From a virus: a stretch of DNA of 64,000 nucleotides. Position numbers and translations under genes: made by a program. The notes below the pieces were generated by a model that saw only the letters and a program-made list of their open reading frames with translations, was not told where the DNA came from and did no database searches. Below, piece after piece: positions 48,639 through 58,054 of this stretch (the first letter of the stretch is position 1; each line of letters opens with the position of its first letter). Location of the stretch: the IMG/VR virus record IMGVR_UViG_3300029448_000019, positions 4,155 through 68,154 of that record; one strand, written 5' to 3'.

Positions 48639-50216
48639 ATGTCACAATTCGGTAAAACAAAGCTAGTAAAGAAAATGCACTTTGATAAGAGTGCAAAAGA
48701 TAAATTATTTAGCGGTATAAATAAAATAGCTGATGCTGTTGGATCAACACTCGGTGCCAGTGGTAAAACTGTTATCATAGAAAATGATTACGGAGACCCA
48801 CATATTACAAAAGATGGAGTTACTGTTGCCAATAGTATACTCCTTCAAGATCCTCTTGAAAATCTTGCGGTCTCTATGATGAAACAAGCGGCGCAAAAAA
48901 CCGCTTCAGTAGCCGGAGACGGCACAACAACATCTATAGTGCTTACAAAAGCTATTATAGATTCTTATTATAAACTAAAAGGAGATGATTTTTCTTTTAG
49001 AGATATTAAATTAGGTATTAATAAGTTTGCTAAAGAAGTTATAAAACACATAACTAATAAGGCAGTACCTGTAGATGCTAAAATGCTGCACGACGTTTCA
49101 ATTATTTCAGCAAATAATGACATTGAACTAGGTGGCATGATTGCTGGCGCTTTTGAAAGTGCTGGCGATAACGGTATTGTTACAATGGAAACATCTCCCA
49201 ATAACGATACATACATAGAAAATGTAAACGGTACTAAGATTGGAAGTACCTGTAAAGCTCCACACTTTTATACTAATAAAGAAAAAGAGCTTTGTGAATT
49301 AGAAAATCCTCTCATCTTCATGAGTGCTTCTGACATTCCTAATGTTAGAAAAATTCAAGACATACTGGAGTTTGCTATTAAGTCCAATAGAGCAATACTC
49401 CTTATTGCACCTTTAGAAACACAGCCGCTTACAGCGCTTGCTATGAATAAAGTAAAGGGCAATATTAAGGTCAATGTGATCGACCCTCCTAGTTTTGGAC
49501 TTAAAAGAAAAGACGTACTGGAGGATCTAGCATTGCTTGTCGGGGCTAAGGTATTTGATGAGAGCCTGGGTGATTCTATTGATGCAATCACCCCTGACAT
49601 GTTAGGTTCGGTAGATAAAGCCGTTTCAGATAAGGAAGGTACAGTACTTGTAGTTTCAGAAAAAAGTAAAGAAGTACAAGAACGTATCGAGTATTTAAAA
49701 ACTGCTCTTGCTAAAGAAGATCATTCTGTAATGACTAAGCATTTAACAGATAGAATAGCCCTTTTAAGTGGTGGTGTTTCTGTTATTATGGTTGGTGCTG
49801 CTACAGAAGTTGAACTTAAAGAAAAGCAAGACAGAGTAGATGATGCAATCCATGCTGTAAGAGCTGCTAAAAAAGAAGGTATACTGCCAGGTGGCGGTAC
49901 TGCTCTAGCGCACGCTGCTGTTATAGATTGGGAAATGAAATTAAATGCAGGCGAATTAAAAGGCATAGACATATTAAAAAATGCACTTGCTGCTCCATTT
50001 ACCAAAATACTCACAAATGCAGGCTTAGACCCTAAAACTACATTACATAGTTGGGGTGAAGGCATAGATGTTACTTGCGGCTGTAGAAAAAAGTTTTTAG
50101 AAATAGGTATTATAGACCCACTTCTTGTAACTAAAACAGCTCTTCAAAATGCAATATCTGTTGCAACTACTATATTATCAACTGATTGTGTAATTTCAAA
50201 TGTAAGAGAAGAATGA
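48639..50216 (+). CDS. groEL: phage chaperonin GroEL
   Basis: ITKDGVTVA, AGDGTTT, GGVSVI.VGAATEVELKE, GGG.AL, GIIDP; no GGM tail. Confidence 0.95.
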   Translation: MSQFGKTKLVKKMHFDKSAKDKLFSGINKIADAVGSTLGASGKTVIIENDYGDPHITKDGVTVANSILLQDPLENLAVSMMKQAAQKTASVAGDGTTTSIVLTKAIIDSYYKLKGDDFSFRDIKLGINKFAKEVIKHITNKAVPVDAKMLHDVSIISANNDIELGGMIAGAFESAGDNGIVTMETSPNNDTYIENVNGTKIGSTCKAPHFYTNKEKELCELENPLIFMSASDIPNVRKIQDILEFAIKSNRAILLIAPLETQPLTALAMNKVKGNIKVNVIDPPSFGLKRKDVLEDLALLVGAKVFDESLGDSIDAITPDMLGSVDKAVSDKEGTVLVVSEKSKEVQERIEYLKTALAKEDHSVMTKHLTDRIALLSGGVSVIMVGAATEVELKEKQDRVDDAIHAVRAAKKEGILPGGGTALAHAAVIDWEMKLNAGELKGIDILKNALAAPFTKILTNAGLDPKTTLHSWGEGIDVTCGCRKKFLEIGIIDPLLVTKTALQNAISVATTILSTDCVISNVREE

Positions 50217-50467
50217 AAGCAATTGGAAGTTATATAATAGTAGAAGAAATATTAGAAAATATTGTAAAAACAGATGGGGGTCTTGAACTTGCTGAAAAGC
50301 ATAGAGATGACACAAGATATAGAAAAGCTATTGTTATTTCATCTGGGCCCGATATTATAAAAGAAAACGCACAAATAATATTTGATCGCGTAGCAGGGCA
50401 TGACATTCAGTATCAAGACGTTACTTATAAAGTAATTACAATAAAAGATGTAATAGCTGTATTGTAA
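50213..50467 (+). CDS. groES: co-chaperonin GroES
   Basis: MKAIGSYIIV...KTDGGLEL mobile loop...KDVIAVL; ATGA overlap with groEL. Confidence 0.85.
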   Translation: MKAIGSYIIVEEILENIVKTDGGLELAEKHRDDTRYRKAIVISSGPDIIKENAQIIFDRVAGHDIQYQDVTYKVITIKDVIAVL

Positions 50468-50913
50468 TGGACCGCTCTGATTTTATAGAAAGAGGCGAAA
50501 TTAAAGTAGACTTTTTAAAAAACTACAGATTAGTTTCCAGGTGGGCATGTAAAAATAATGCTCTTTCTATTTCGGATTTAGAATTATTGTTTTATTTAGA
50601 TCCTATAAAATACTTTACAATAGAAGATTTTAAAAACGGTACTATATATTATTCGTGGGATAAAACAAGATTTTATAGATTACAAAAAGATGAATGGATT
50701 AATAAAGTTCATACTGGGGTAGGAAGATTAGGCGACCACAATAAATATAAAGTAAGTTATAAAGGTAAAATGCTTATTAACAGAATATATAAAATGTTAA
50801 TAGGTGAAGAGTTAATACCTGAGTCATCAAAAAGAAATACGATATTAAAAAGGAAAAGCTATATAGATAAAGTATATAGCCAAGCTATTAAAAAATTTAA
50901 CAAACAAAAATAA
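50467..50913 (+). CDS. putative winged-helix protein
   Basis: LSISDLELLFYL...RL....WI...YKVSYKGK MarR-like pattern. Confidence 0.5.
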   Translation: MDRSDFIERGEIKVDFLKNYRLVSRWACKNNALSISDLELLFYLDPIKYFTIEDFKNGTIYYSWDKTRFYRLQKDEWINKVHTGVGRLGDHNKYKVSYKGKMLINRIYKMLIGEELIPESSKRNTILKRKSYIDKVYSQAIKKFNKQK

Positions 50914-50919
50914 AAACAA

Positions 50920-51276
50920 ATGGCAATATTAACAGTTACACCAACAGTAAGTTCTACAACAGGAGAAGTAACTTATACTGCATCTGACCCAGGCAATGGT
51001 GATATAATAACAGGTGTTGTTTTAAGAGACTTTATGTCTAACGGACCTACCAAAAAAGCTGACGGCACATATGAAACTGATGTAGCTAAATTAGTATACG
51101 ATGTAAAAGTAAGACCTAATAGCGTTACTGCAGTTATGACAATAACTAAATCGGGTGCAGATTACCCTATAATCATGTTAAAAGCTCCTGAAGGATTACA
51201 GCAAGAATACAAATGGGCTACTAGTGACGTTATTAAAGTTAACGCTGTAGTTGCTGCACTTATAACTAACGGATAA
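50920..51276 (+). CDS. putative structural protein
   Basis: T/V-rich beta protein ahead of the fibre locus. Confidence 0.45.
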   Translation: MAILTVTPTVSSTTGEVTYTASDPGNGDIITGVVLRDFMSNGPTKKADGTYETDVAKLVYDVKVRPNSVTAVMTITKSGADYPIIMLKAPEGLQQEYKWATSDVIKVNAVVAALITNG

Positions 51277-51429
51277 AATAAATAAAATGAAAAAGAAAAA
51301 AATACATCTTTATGACGTTTTACCGGGCGTAAGCATTAATACAGCACCCGGTGATGAAAAAAAAGCAATGCAGCCTATAACTAAAAGAACTAAAGACGCT
51401 GCTAAAGGAACTTTATTAAAAAATAAATA

Positions 51430-53547
51430 ATGGCAAGAATTGGTTCATATACAATAGATTCTACAATTGAAGGATCTGATAAACTTTTAGGAACTGATGC
51501 AAGCTCAAATTCTGCATTAGCTACTAAAAATTATACTATAAATGACTTAAAGGCCTTTATAAATGGTGACCAAACAACGGCCGCTATACCTGATGTAGTG
51601 CCTTTAGGTTTTGCACTCTCTGTAAATAGAGAAGGTACGGCATTTGAAAAAGCACAGGTTAGAACACTTGCAGGATCTGTATTAACTAATGTCGTTTTAA
51701 AAAGTAGCACCGTAAATACGGGTGCAGATATTTATTTAAACACGCTTGGCACAGGCCAAGTTTTTTTAATTATACGTGATTATAATGACGGTGCTTTTGG
51801 TGTTGATTTTGATTTCCAAGCATTTGCAGATAATTCAGCAACATTTACAGGAGTACTTGGAGGTGTTACTTATACAGGTACTGTAACATCATTTAATCCA
51901 GGTACACTTACAAGTGATAGCCCGGCGGCAAATGACAGCAAGTATGTAACATCAGGCAGCAATAAATATACTGAATGGTGTTTTAATGTAACGCTCGGCT
52001 CTGGAGAAACATATACAGGTGGCCAAGTAGCATTTACATCATTTACGTTTTTAACGGGAGCACAACAAGTTGAAACTCAAATAGTTGGTAGTTTAAAAAT
52101 AACGCGTAATTTAACACTTGAAGGAGATGTTGTAATAGGTACAGATTCTCCTGATACAGATCCTCAATCACTTACAGTACATGGGCCTATAAAAATTAAA
52201 GATACTGAAGGAAGTATTGAATTTGGTGATACAGATCCAAATGTTACTTTAACTACAGACGGTACTAATTTAAATATAGGTGGCAATGGTACAAATGTAA
52301 TATCTAATAATACCAGATTTACACAAGACATTGTAAGAGATACAGATACAACTGCTAATAATGGTAGAACAGTAATAGGACAAAACTCAGTTACTGCTAT
52401 AAATACAGATGGCACAAGATCTGTGCTTTCTTCAACAGGTGTACAATTACAGGATTCTTCTGGTAATGCTTTAGCACAACAACAAGTATCTGGTAATGTA
52501 TCAGTTGGTAGTTTATCAAATCAAGGTAATTTAACTGCTATAAAAATAGACGGTAACTATTATAGTTTACCAGAATTATCATCAGGTGTTGCAGAAGCAA
52601 TACCGGGTCTTACTGAAACACTAGCAGGGCCTACGGGTAATATATCAATGGGTAGATTATTTTATGGAACTCAAAACGCAGCTGGAGCATTATTCCAGGC
52701 TGTAACTTCACCGGCCACACTTACAGGTGCACAAGCAATTTCTACAGGTGCAACTTCTATAACAATAGTAAGTGCTAACAGAACAAATTTTGCAAGTATA
52801 CATTCTAATATACCATCAGGACAAAAGTTATATTTTGTAGAAAGCACGTATTCAACGGCATTTCCCTCAGCAGGAGGCCAAATACTTGATCAGTCAGTAA
52901 ATATATATTTAGTAGTTGCTTATGATACTACTACATTTACTCTTACTTTTGGTAGACAAGGTTATGGTACTATGAATCTTCATACAAGTACATTTAATGT
53001 AGATTCTGAAACATTTAAATTAAGTACTATACCTAATGCTGCAAAAAATAATTTTTTACAATATGACACAGCTACTAAAGCTGTATCACATTCAGCCCTT
53101 AACATATTAGCATCTGCAAATGGTGCGACTTATGATTTTGGTGGTAATAACGATGTTGCTGTAGCTTCTATAAATTTTGATAATTTACAAATTACAGCAC
53201 CTGCTAATGGGCAAGTTATACTCAAACAAGGATATGCTTACGGTGGTGCTATAACTACAAACACAACTGTAGAAAACTTTAAGCACTATATATTAGATGC
53301 AATATCTGCTGATAGAACAGTAAGTTTACCAGTAGGTGCCGCGGGGAGTAGCATAAGATTTACAAACATGTCATCACTTAATTCAACTGGTGGATATGCA
53401 GCTTCATCTTATGTATGGACAGTAAACCCAAATGGGTCAGAAAAAATAATGAGATCTACATCACTTGTACTTGATGAATCAACAGCTTCATTTGAACTGT
53501 TTTATTCAGATGCTACTAATGGTTGGATCGTAAACGGAATAAGCTAA
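51430..53547 (+). CDS. tail fibre/spike protein
   Basis: N-terminal attachment motif DKLLGTD..TKNY; S/T/G-rich; C-terminal VSLP..NGSEKI..Y..T.GW module. Confidence 0.7.
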   Translation: MARIGSYTIDSTIEGSDKLLGTDASSNSALATKNYTINDLKAFINGDQTTAAIPDVVPLGFALSVNREGTAFEKAQVRTLAGSVLTNVVLKSSTVNTGADIYLNTLGTGQVFLIIRDYNDGAFGVDFDFQAFADNSATFTGVLGGVTYTGTVTSFNPGTLTSDSPAANDSKYVTSGSNKYTEWCFNVTLGSGETYTGGQVAFTSFTFLTGAQQVETQIVGSLKITRNLTLEGDVVIGTDSPDTDPQSLTVHGPIKIKDTEGSIEFGDTDPNVTLTTDGTNLNIGGNGTNVISNNTRFTQDIVRDTDTTANNGRTVIGQNSVTAINTDGTRSVLSSTGVQLQDSSGNALAQQQVSGNVSVGSLSNQGNLTAIKIDGNYYSLPELSSGVAEAIPGLTETLAGPTGNISMGRLFYGTQNAAGALFQAVTSPATLTGAQAISTGATSITIVSANRTNFASIHSNIPSGQKLYFVESTYSTAFPSAGGQILDQSVNIYLVVAYDTTTFTLTFGRQGYGTMNLHTSTFNVDSETFKLSTIPNAAKNNFLQYDTATKAVSHSALNILASANGATYDFGGNNDVAVASINFDNLQITAPANGQVILKQGYAYGGAITTNTTVENFKHYILDAISADRTVSLPVGAAGSSIRFTNMSSLNSTGGYAASSYVWTVNPNGSEKIMRSTSLVLDESTASFELFYSDATNGWIVNGIS

Positions 53548-53861
53548 TGGGACTAACAATAGATTTACCAAGTGCTGGACTTTTAGGAATTACAAATGCA
53601 TCCGGTGCTGTAATAACAGGAACTGCTAATTTAGCTATTAACTCAGTTAATGCTTTATCAGGTAGTGGTACTTATACAGTGACTTTACCAACAACTAGTT
53701 TACAAGCGGGCCATGAAGTCGTGCTTAAAAGAACAGGTACTGCTACAGTGACTATTGCTAGTACTACTATAGAGGGTTCAAGTCAATCAATAACAATAAA
53801 CAGTAATCAACCAGTTAGATGTATATATGTAAATAGTACATTTGGTTGGATAATAACATAA
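53547..53861 (+). CDS. small fibre module protein
   Basis: TVTLP...IEG...Y....GW module; TAATG-coupled. Confidence 0.6.
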   Translation: MGLTIDLPSAGLLGITNASGAVITGTANLAINSVNALSGSGTYTVTLPTTSLQAGHEVVLKRTGTATVTIASTTIEGSSQSITINSNQPVRCIYVNSTFGWIIT

Positions 53862-53865
53862 TATT

Positions 53866-54027
53866 ATGCCAGACATCTCAACATTTTATCCACAAACAAT
53901 ACAAACGGCTATTTCTGTAGATGATCAAAATCAAACAGCTAATGCGTTAGTGTGGACAGGAACAGTTTCACAATATGCAGCTCTAGGGTCTAAAGATGCT
54001 AATACACTTTATTTTGTAATACCATAA
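53866..54027 (+). CDS. fibre adaptor peptide (53 aa)
   Basis: Translated by hand: ...VWTGTVSQYAALGSKDANTLYFVIP. Confidence 0.6.
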   Translation: MPDISTFYPQTIQTAISVDDQNQTANALVWTGTVSQYAALGSKDANTLYFVIP

Positions 54028-54031
54028 TATT

Positions 54032-55093
54032 ATGCCATTATATAAAGGAAGTACTCAAATTTCCGGAGGACGTTTATATAAATCAACAACTAATATTAGT
54101 TATGGTTACAAGGGCACTGATGCTTTTTTTGTAAATAATGCTACTGTTGATTTTTTAGTAATTGCCGGAGGTGGCGGCGGTGGATCATCTAACTCTACAG
54201 GTTATATTTTTTCTGGTGGTGGTGGTGCTGGTGGCTATCGTTCAAGTTGGAATAATGAACCTTCCGGAGGTAATGGTGCTTCTGAAAATTCATTAACAAT
54301 TACACCCTCAACAAACCTTACGGTGACTGTAGGAGAAGGCGGTGTTAATGGTGCAGATGCCTTTAAAGGTGCTAATGGACAAGATTCTGTTTTTCATACT
54401 ATAACCTCTATAGGTGGTGGTGGTGGTGGTTCTAGTTCTGTATATGCTAGTACTTCATCTAATTTATTAAAGTTAAATGGACAAGCCGGAGGATCTGGTG
54501 GTGGTAATGGTTGTACACAGCCTGAATCAGGTACTATTTACGCTGGTACATTAGGAGCGGGGACAGCTAATCAAGGAATTATTGGGAGCTACGGGACCGC
54601 ACCTTCCTATCAAAATGGAGGAACTGGTGGTGGTGGAGGTGGTGCAGGAGGACCTGGACCTACTCAAACCGTAACAAATGGTGTTGTACGCAACGGAGGC
54701 CCGGGTGTGGCGTCAACAATAACCGGAACATCTGTTATTCGTGCCGGTGGTGGCGGTGGTGGCGGATATAATACAGTTTATAATGGTGCTGGAGGAGGGT
54801 TTGGTGGATCTGGAGGTGGTGGTAATGGCGCTTCTGGTTATCAAGCTGCTGGAACTGCCCAAACAAATGCCCAATCTGGAACTGTAAATACAGGTGGTGG
54901 TGCTGGAGGATCAGGTAGATATGTTTCAAACATTACAGGAATAAATGGAGGTTCTGGTATTGTAATTTTACGTTATGAAAGCAACTTAACTATATCTAAT
55001 CCCGGAGGAGGATTAACTTTTTCAACAGCTACTGTAGGATCAGATAAAGTAACACAATTTACTCAAGGAACAGGTACTATACAGTTTGGATAA
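54032..55093 (+). CDS. glycine-rich adhesin (polyglycine-sandwich type)
   Basis: FLVIAGGGGGG...GGGGAGGYR...GGSGIVILRY. Confidence 0.75.
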   Translation: MPLYKGSTQISGGRLYKSTTNISYGYKGTDAFFVNNATVDFLVIAGGGGGGSSNSTGYIFSGGGGAGGYRSSWNNEPSGGNGASENSLTITPSTNLTVTVGEGGVNGADAFKGANGQDSVFHTITSIGGGGGGSSSVYASTSSNLLKLNGQAGGSGGGNGCTQPESGTIYAGTLGAGTANQGIIGSYGTAPSYQNGGTGGGGGGAGGPGPTQTVTNGVVRNGGPGVASTITGTSVIRAGGGGGGGYNTVYNGAGGGFGGSGGGGNGASGYQAAGTAQTNAQSGTVNTGGGAGGSGRYVSNITGINGGSGIVILRYESNLTISNPGGGLTFSTATVGSDKVTQFTQGTGTIQFG

Positions 55094-55107
55094 AAAAAAA
55101 ATAAAAA

Positions 55108-55497
55108 ATGGCAAATTTAACAGAAATAATAGGTGGTCAACCCTTTGAATTAGGTTCGACCGGAAACAAAAAAAATAACCTACTAGAATTTTGGAGAGGC
55201 ACACAAGCACAGTATGATCTTTTAAAAAGAACAGGAGGTGCTGCATCGGCATCATCAGGTGCTAGCTCTATTGCATTTACAAGTCTTAATTCTGTAGCTA
55301 CAGGCTGGAGTATTGGTGACGTAGTTTATGTTACTGGTTCATCTAATAATACAACTAGGTCTAAAGGAACGATAGCCGCAGTACCATCAAATACTGCACT
55401 TACTATAACAATGGATTCTGCATATACAAATACAGATACTACAGGGTATCAAATAGATAAGTATGATCCTAAAACATTATATATAATAGCTACTTAA
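55108..55497 (+). CDS. fibre adaptor protein
   Basis: FWRGTQAQYD...DPKTLYII, paralogous to 53866 with an inserted beta domain. Confidence 0.6.
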   Translation: MANLTEIIGGQPFELGSTGNKKNNLLEFWRGTQAQYDLLKRTGGAASASSGASSIAFTSLNSVATGWSIGDVVYVTGSSNNTTRSKGTIAAVPSNTALTITMDSAYTNTDTTGYQIDKYDPKTLYIIAT

Positions 55498-55498
55498 T

Positions 55499-56368
55499 AT
55501 GCCAACTAATCTAGGACACGAAGCAATAACCGCAAAGCTGGGGCATGCAGATCCAAGTATGTATTTAGGACATGAGCAAATATATCCTAATACCACAACT
55601 GTGACTTCTTTTGCTTTTGCAGATACTTCAACTGTATCTAATGCAGGCGCAACTAGAGTATTAAATATTGGTGGTGATGTAGGTTCTACATTTAATTTAA
55701 CAGGAGCAAATGGTGCTGGTTCACTGGGAGCTCAGTCATTAAGTTCTGCAAGCCAAGCTTTTAATATTTCAATAGGCAGTAATAATAGTTATGGTGCTGC
55801 TGGAAGATCTCCAAGTGTTACAATATCTCCTACAGGGAATACTACATTAGCAGGGGGAGTACCTACATCTAGAACTTTAACGCAGGCTGCTGGCCCCGCG
55901 GTACAAACTGTATATATTAATGCCGGTTTAACTGCTGCAGTTCTTGTAAATAATACAACTACAGTAAATGGCCAATTAAGATGGGCACAAGGTGCTAAAT
56001 TTAGAATAACACTTGTTATAAGTGCTTCTAATTTTCCATGGGCTGCTTTATCTAACTACGCATCTTTTGTGCTTTACCATGATTCTTTTGGAGGCTCAGG
56101 AAGTGGGACTGTAACATTGAGTAATTTTTCTCAGCCATTTACTTCTACTAATAATAATAATAGTAAATATTGGCGACCATATCCTACTTCTCCAAGTGGT
56201 AATATTCCTACTGGAAATTATCAATATGATATGGAAATAACCAACAATATTAATCCTACATATGTAAGATTTTCTGCGTATGCAATACCGTCTGCTGGAT
56301 ACCAATTTTTTGGTCTTGGTGCAGGTGTGTTATCTCATTTTGCAGGTTATCAATCATATTACCCATAA
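55499..56368 (+). CDS. putative adhesin/receptor-binding protein
   Basis: N-terminal LGH x3 repeat, then Ig-like and aromatic-rich domains. Confidence 0.6.
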   Translation: MPTNLGHEAITAKLGHADPSMYLGHEQIYPNTTTVTSFAFADTSTVSNAGATRVLNIGGDVGSTFNLTGANGAGSLGAQSLSSASQAFNISIGSNNSYGAAGRSPSVTISPTGNTTLAGGVPTSRTLTQAAGPAVQTVYINAGLTAAVLVNNTTTVNGQLRWAQGAKFRITLVISASNFPWAALSNYASFVLYHDSFGGSGSGTVTLSNFSQPFTSTNNNNSKYWRPYPTSPSGNIPTGNYQYDMEITNNINPTYVRFSAYAIPSAGYQFFGLGAGVLSHFAGYQSYYP

Positions 56369-56371
56369 TAA

Positions 56372-57091
56372 ATGTCAAGAATACAACAACTTCCATTAGA
56401 TACCACTATCACTGGTGGCGATAAACTAGTAGGAACAGATGTTGGTAGCAATAATGCTAGTAAATCATATCAGATTGAAACTATTGCGGCATTTTTTGCA
56501 CAAACAGGTGGTGCAGATCCTCTTAGAGCTGGATTACAATATAATTATGCAGGTAAATATGTAAACAATACATTAGCATCTGGTGAATTTAGATATCAAG
56601 TAGATTCTAGTGCACCTTCTGCTTTTGGATGGGCACATATAACCGGTATTGCAGTTAGCAGATATAATAGAAATTTAGTTGATATAAATCCTGTAATAGG
56701 ATTATTTACAAATCAATTAATTAGAATTACAGATGTAGATACATCCAGTAATACAAGCTATGCAATATATGAAGTTAGTGCTAAAACAGATTTAACAAAT
56801 GCATATTTATTATCTTTAACACATAGAGGAAGTGCCGGTGATCCAGTTGGTGGTGTAACGTGTATAGCACCGTCGGGATTTTCAAATGATACTACAGATA
56901 CAACATTTATATTCACTCAAGGCTCGGCAAGTAATACTTGGACAATAAATCATAACTTAGATAAATTTCCTAGTGTAACCGTAGTAGATGATTCAAACAA
57001 CATAGTTGTAGGAGCCGTAACATATAACAACACAAATCAGATCGTAATAACCTTTACCTCATCTATAACAGGTAAAGCTTACTTAAACTAA
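56372..57091 (+). CDS. tail fibre hub protein
   Basis: N-terminus paralogous to 51430; C-terminal WTINHNLDKFPSVTVVD domain. Confidence 0.65.
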   Translation: MSRIQQLPLDTTITGGDKLVGTDVGSNNASKSYQIETIAAFFAQTGGADPLRAGLQYNYAGKYVNNTLASGEFRYQVDSSAPSAFGWAHITGIAVSRYNRNLVDINPVIGLFTNQLIRITDVDTSSNTSYAIYEVSAKTDLTNAYLLSLTHRGSAGDPVGGVTCIAPSGFSNDTTDTTFIFTQGSASNTWTINHNLDKFPSVTVVDDSNNIVVGAVTYNNTNQIVITFTSSITGKAYLN

Positions 57092-57097
57092 AAAAAA

Positions 57098-58051
57098 ATG
57101 GCAATAAAATATTTAAACAATCTCGATCTAAATAAAAATCAGTTACAACAGGCTGTAATACAGACTGCATCTTCGGATCCGTCTTCACCTGTTGCAGGCC
57201 AAATATATTATAATACTACAGATAACGTTATTAAGTTTTATAATGGTACTGCATTTGTAAGTGCTGGTGGAGATTTAACAGCTGTAACCAGTGCAACAAC
57301 AGGGCAACTTACTATAGCTAATGGAACCGGTCCAATACCGGCATTAACAGTTGTAACAGGTGCTGTGGCAAATGCAGGAACAGCTCTTGCTACAGGAGAT
57401 CAAATATATGATTTTGTAACTACAGGTATTAACGCAAGAATACAAAATGTTACAGATCCTACTGGCGCACAAGATGCTGCAACTAAAGCATATGTAGATA
57501 CTGTTGCAACAGGTTTATTAGAATACAAAGGTGCGTATAATGCGTCAACTAATTCACCTGCATTAACAGGAGGTTCTAACATTGCTAGTGATAAAGGAGA
57601 TACATATACTGTAACTGCTGATGGTAGTTTTTTAGGAGAACAAGTTAGAGTTGGTGATTTAATTATAGTTGAAGTAGCAATAGCAGCTGCATCAACTCCT
57701 GCGCTTGCTAGCTTTACAATTGTACAATCTAATGTTGATTTAGCAACTGCAGCAGCAACATCTGGAGCTACTGTAAAAGGTATTTCAGGTTATGATTCAA
57801 ATAACTTTTCTGTAGCGAGTGGTTTTGTATCACTTAAAAGATTTTCAGCCAATATAGGTGATGGATCTAATACTTCGTATACAGTAAACCATGCACTTGG
57901 GTCTAGAGATGTAATTGTACAGTTATATGATAATTCATCTTATGATACTGTTATAGCAGACGTTGTAAGAACAGATACAAATAATGTAACTATTGCATTT
58001 ACAGTGGCACCATCCACAAATGATATAAGAGTACTTATACAAAAAATTTAA
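57098..58051 (+). CDS. tail fibre protein
   Basis: GQIYYNTT, DAATKAYVD and VNHALGSRDV.VQLYD modules. Confidence 0.7.
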   Translation: MAIKYLNNLDLNKNQLQQAVIQTASSDPSSPVAGQIYYNTTDNVIKFYNGTAFVSAGGDLTAVTSATTGQLTIANGTGPIPALTVVTGAVANAGTALATGDQIYDFVTTGINARIQNVTDPTGAQDAATKAYVDTVATGLLEYKGAYNASTNSPALTGGSNIASDKGDTYTVTADGSFLGEQVRVGDLIIVEVAIAAASTPALASFTIVQSNVDLATAAATSGATVKGISGYDSNNFSVASGFVSLKRFSANIGDGSNTSYTVNHALGSRDVIVQLYDNSSYDTVIADVVRTDTNNVTIAFTVAPSTNDIRVLIQKI

Positions 58052-58054
58052 TAC

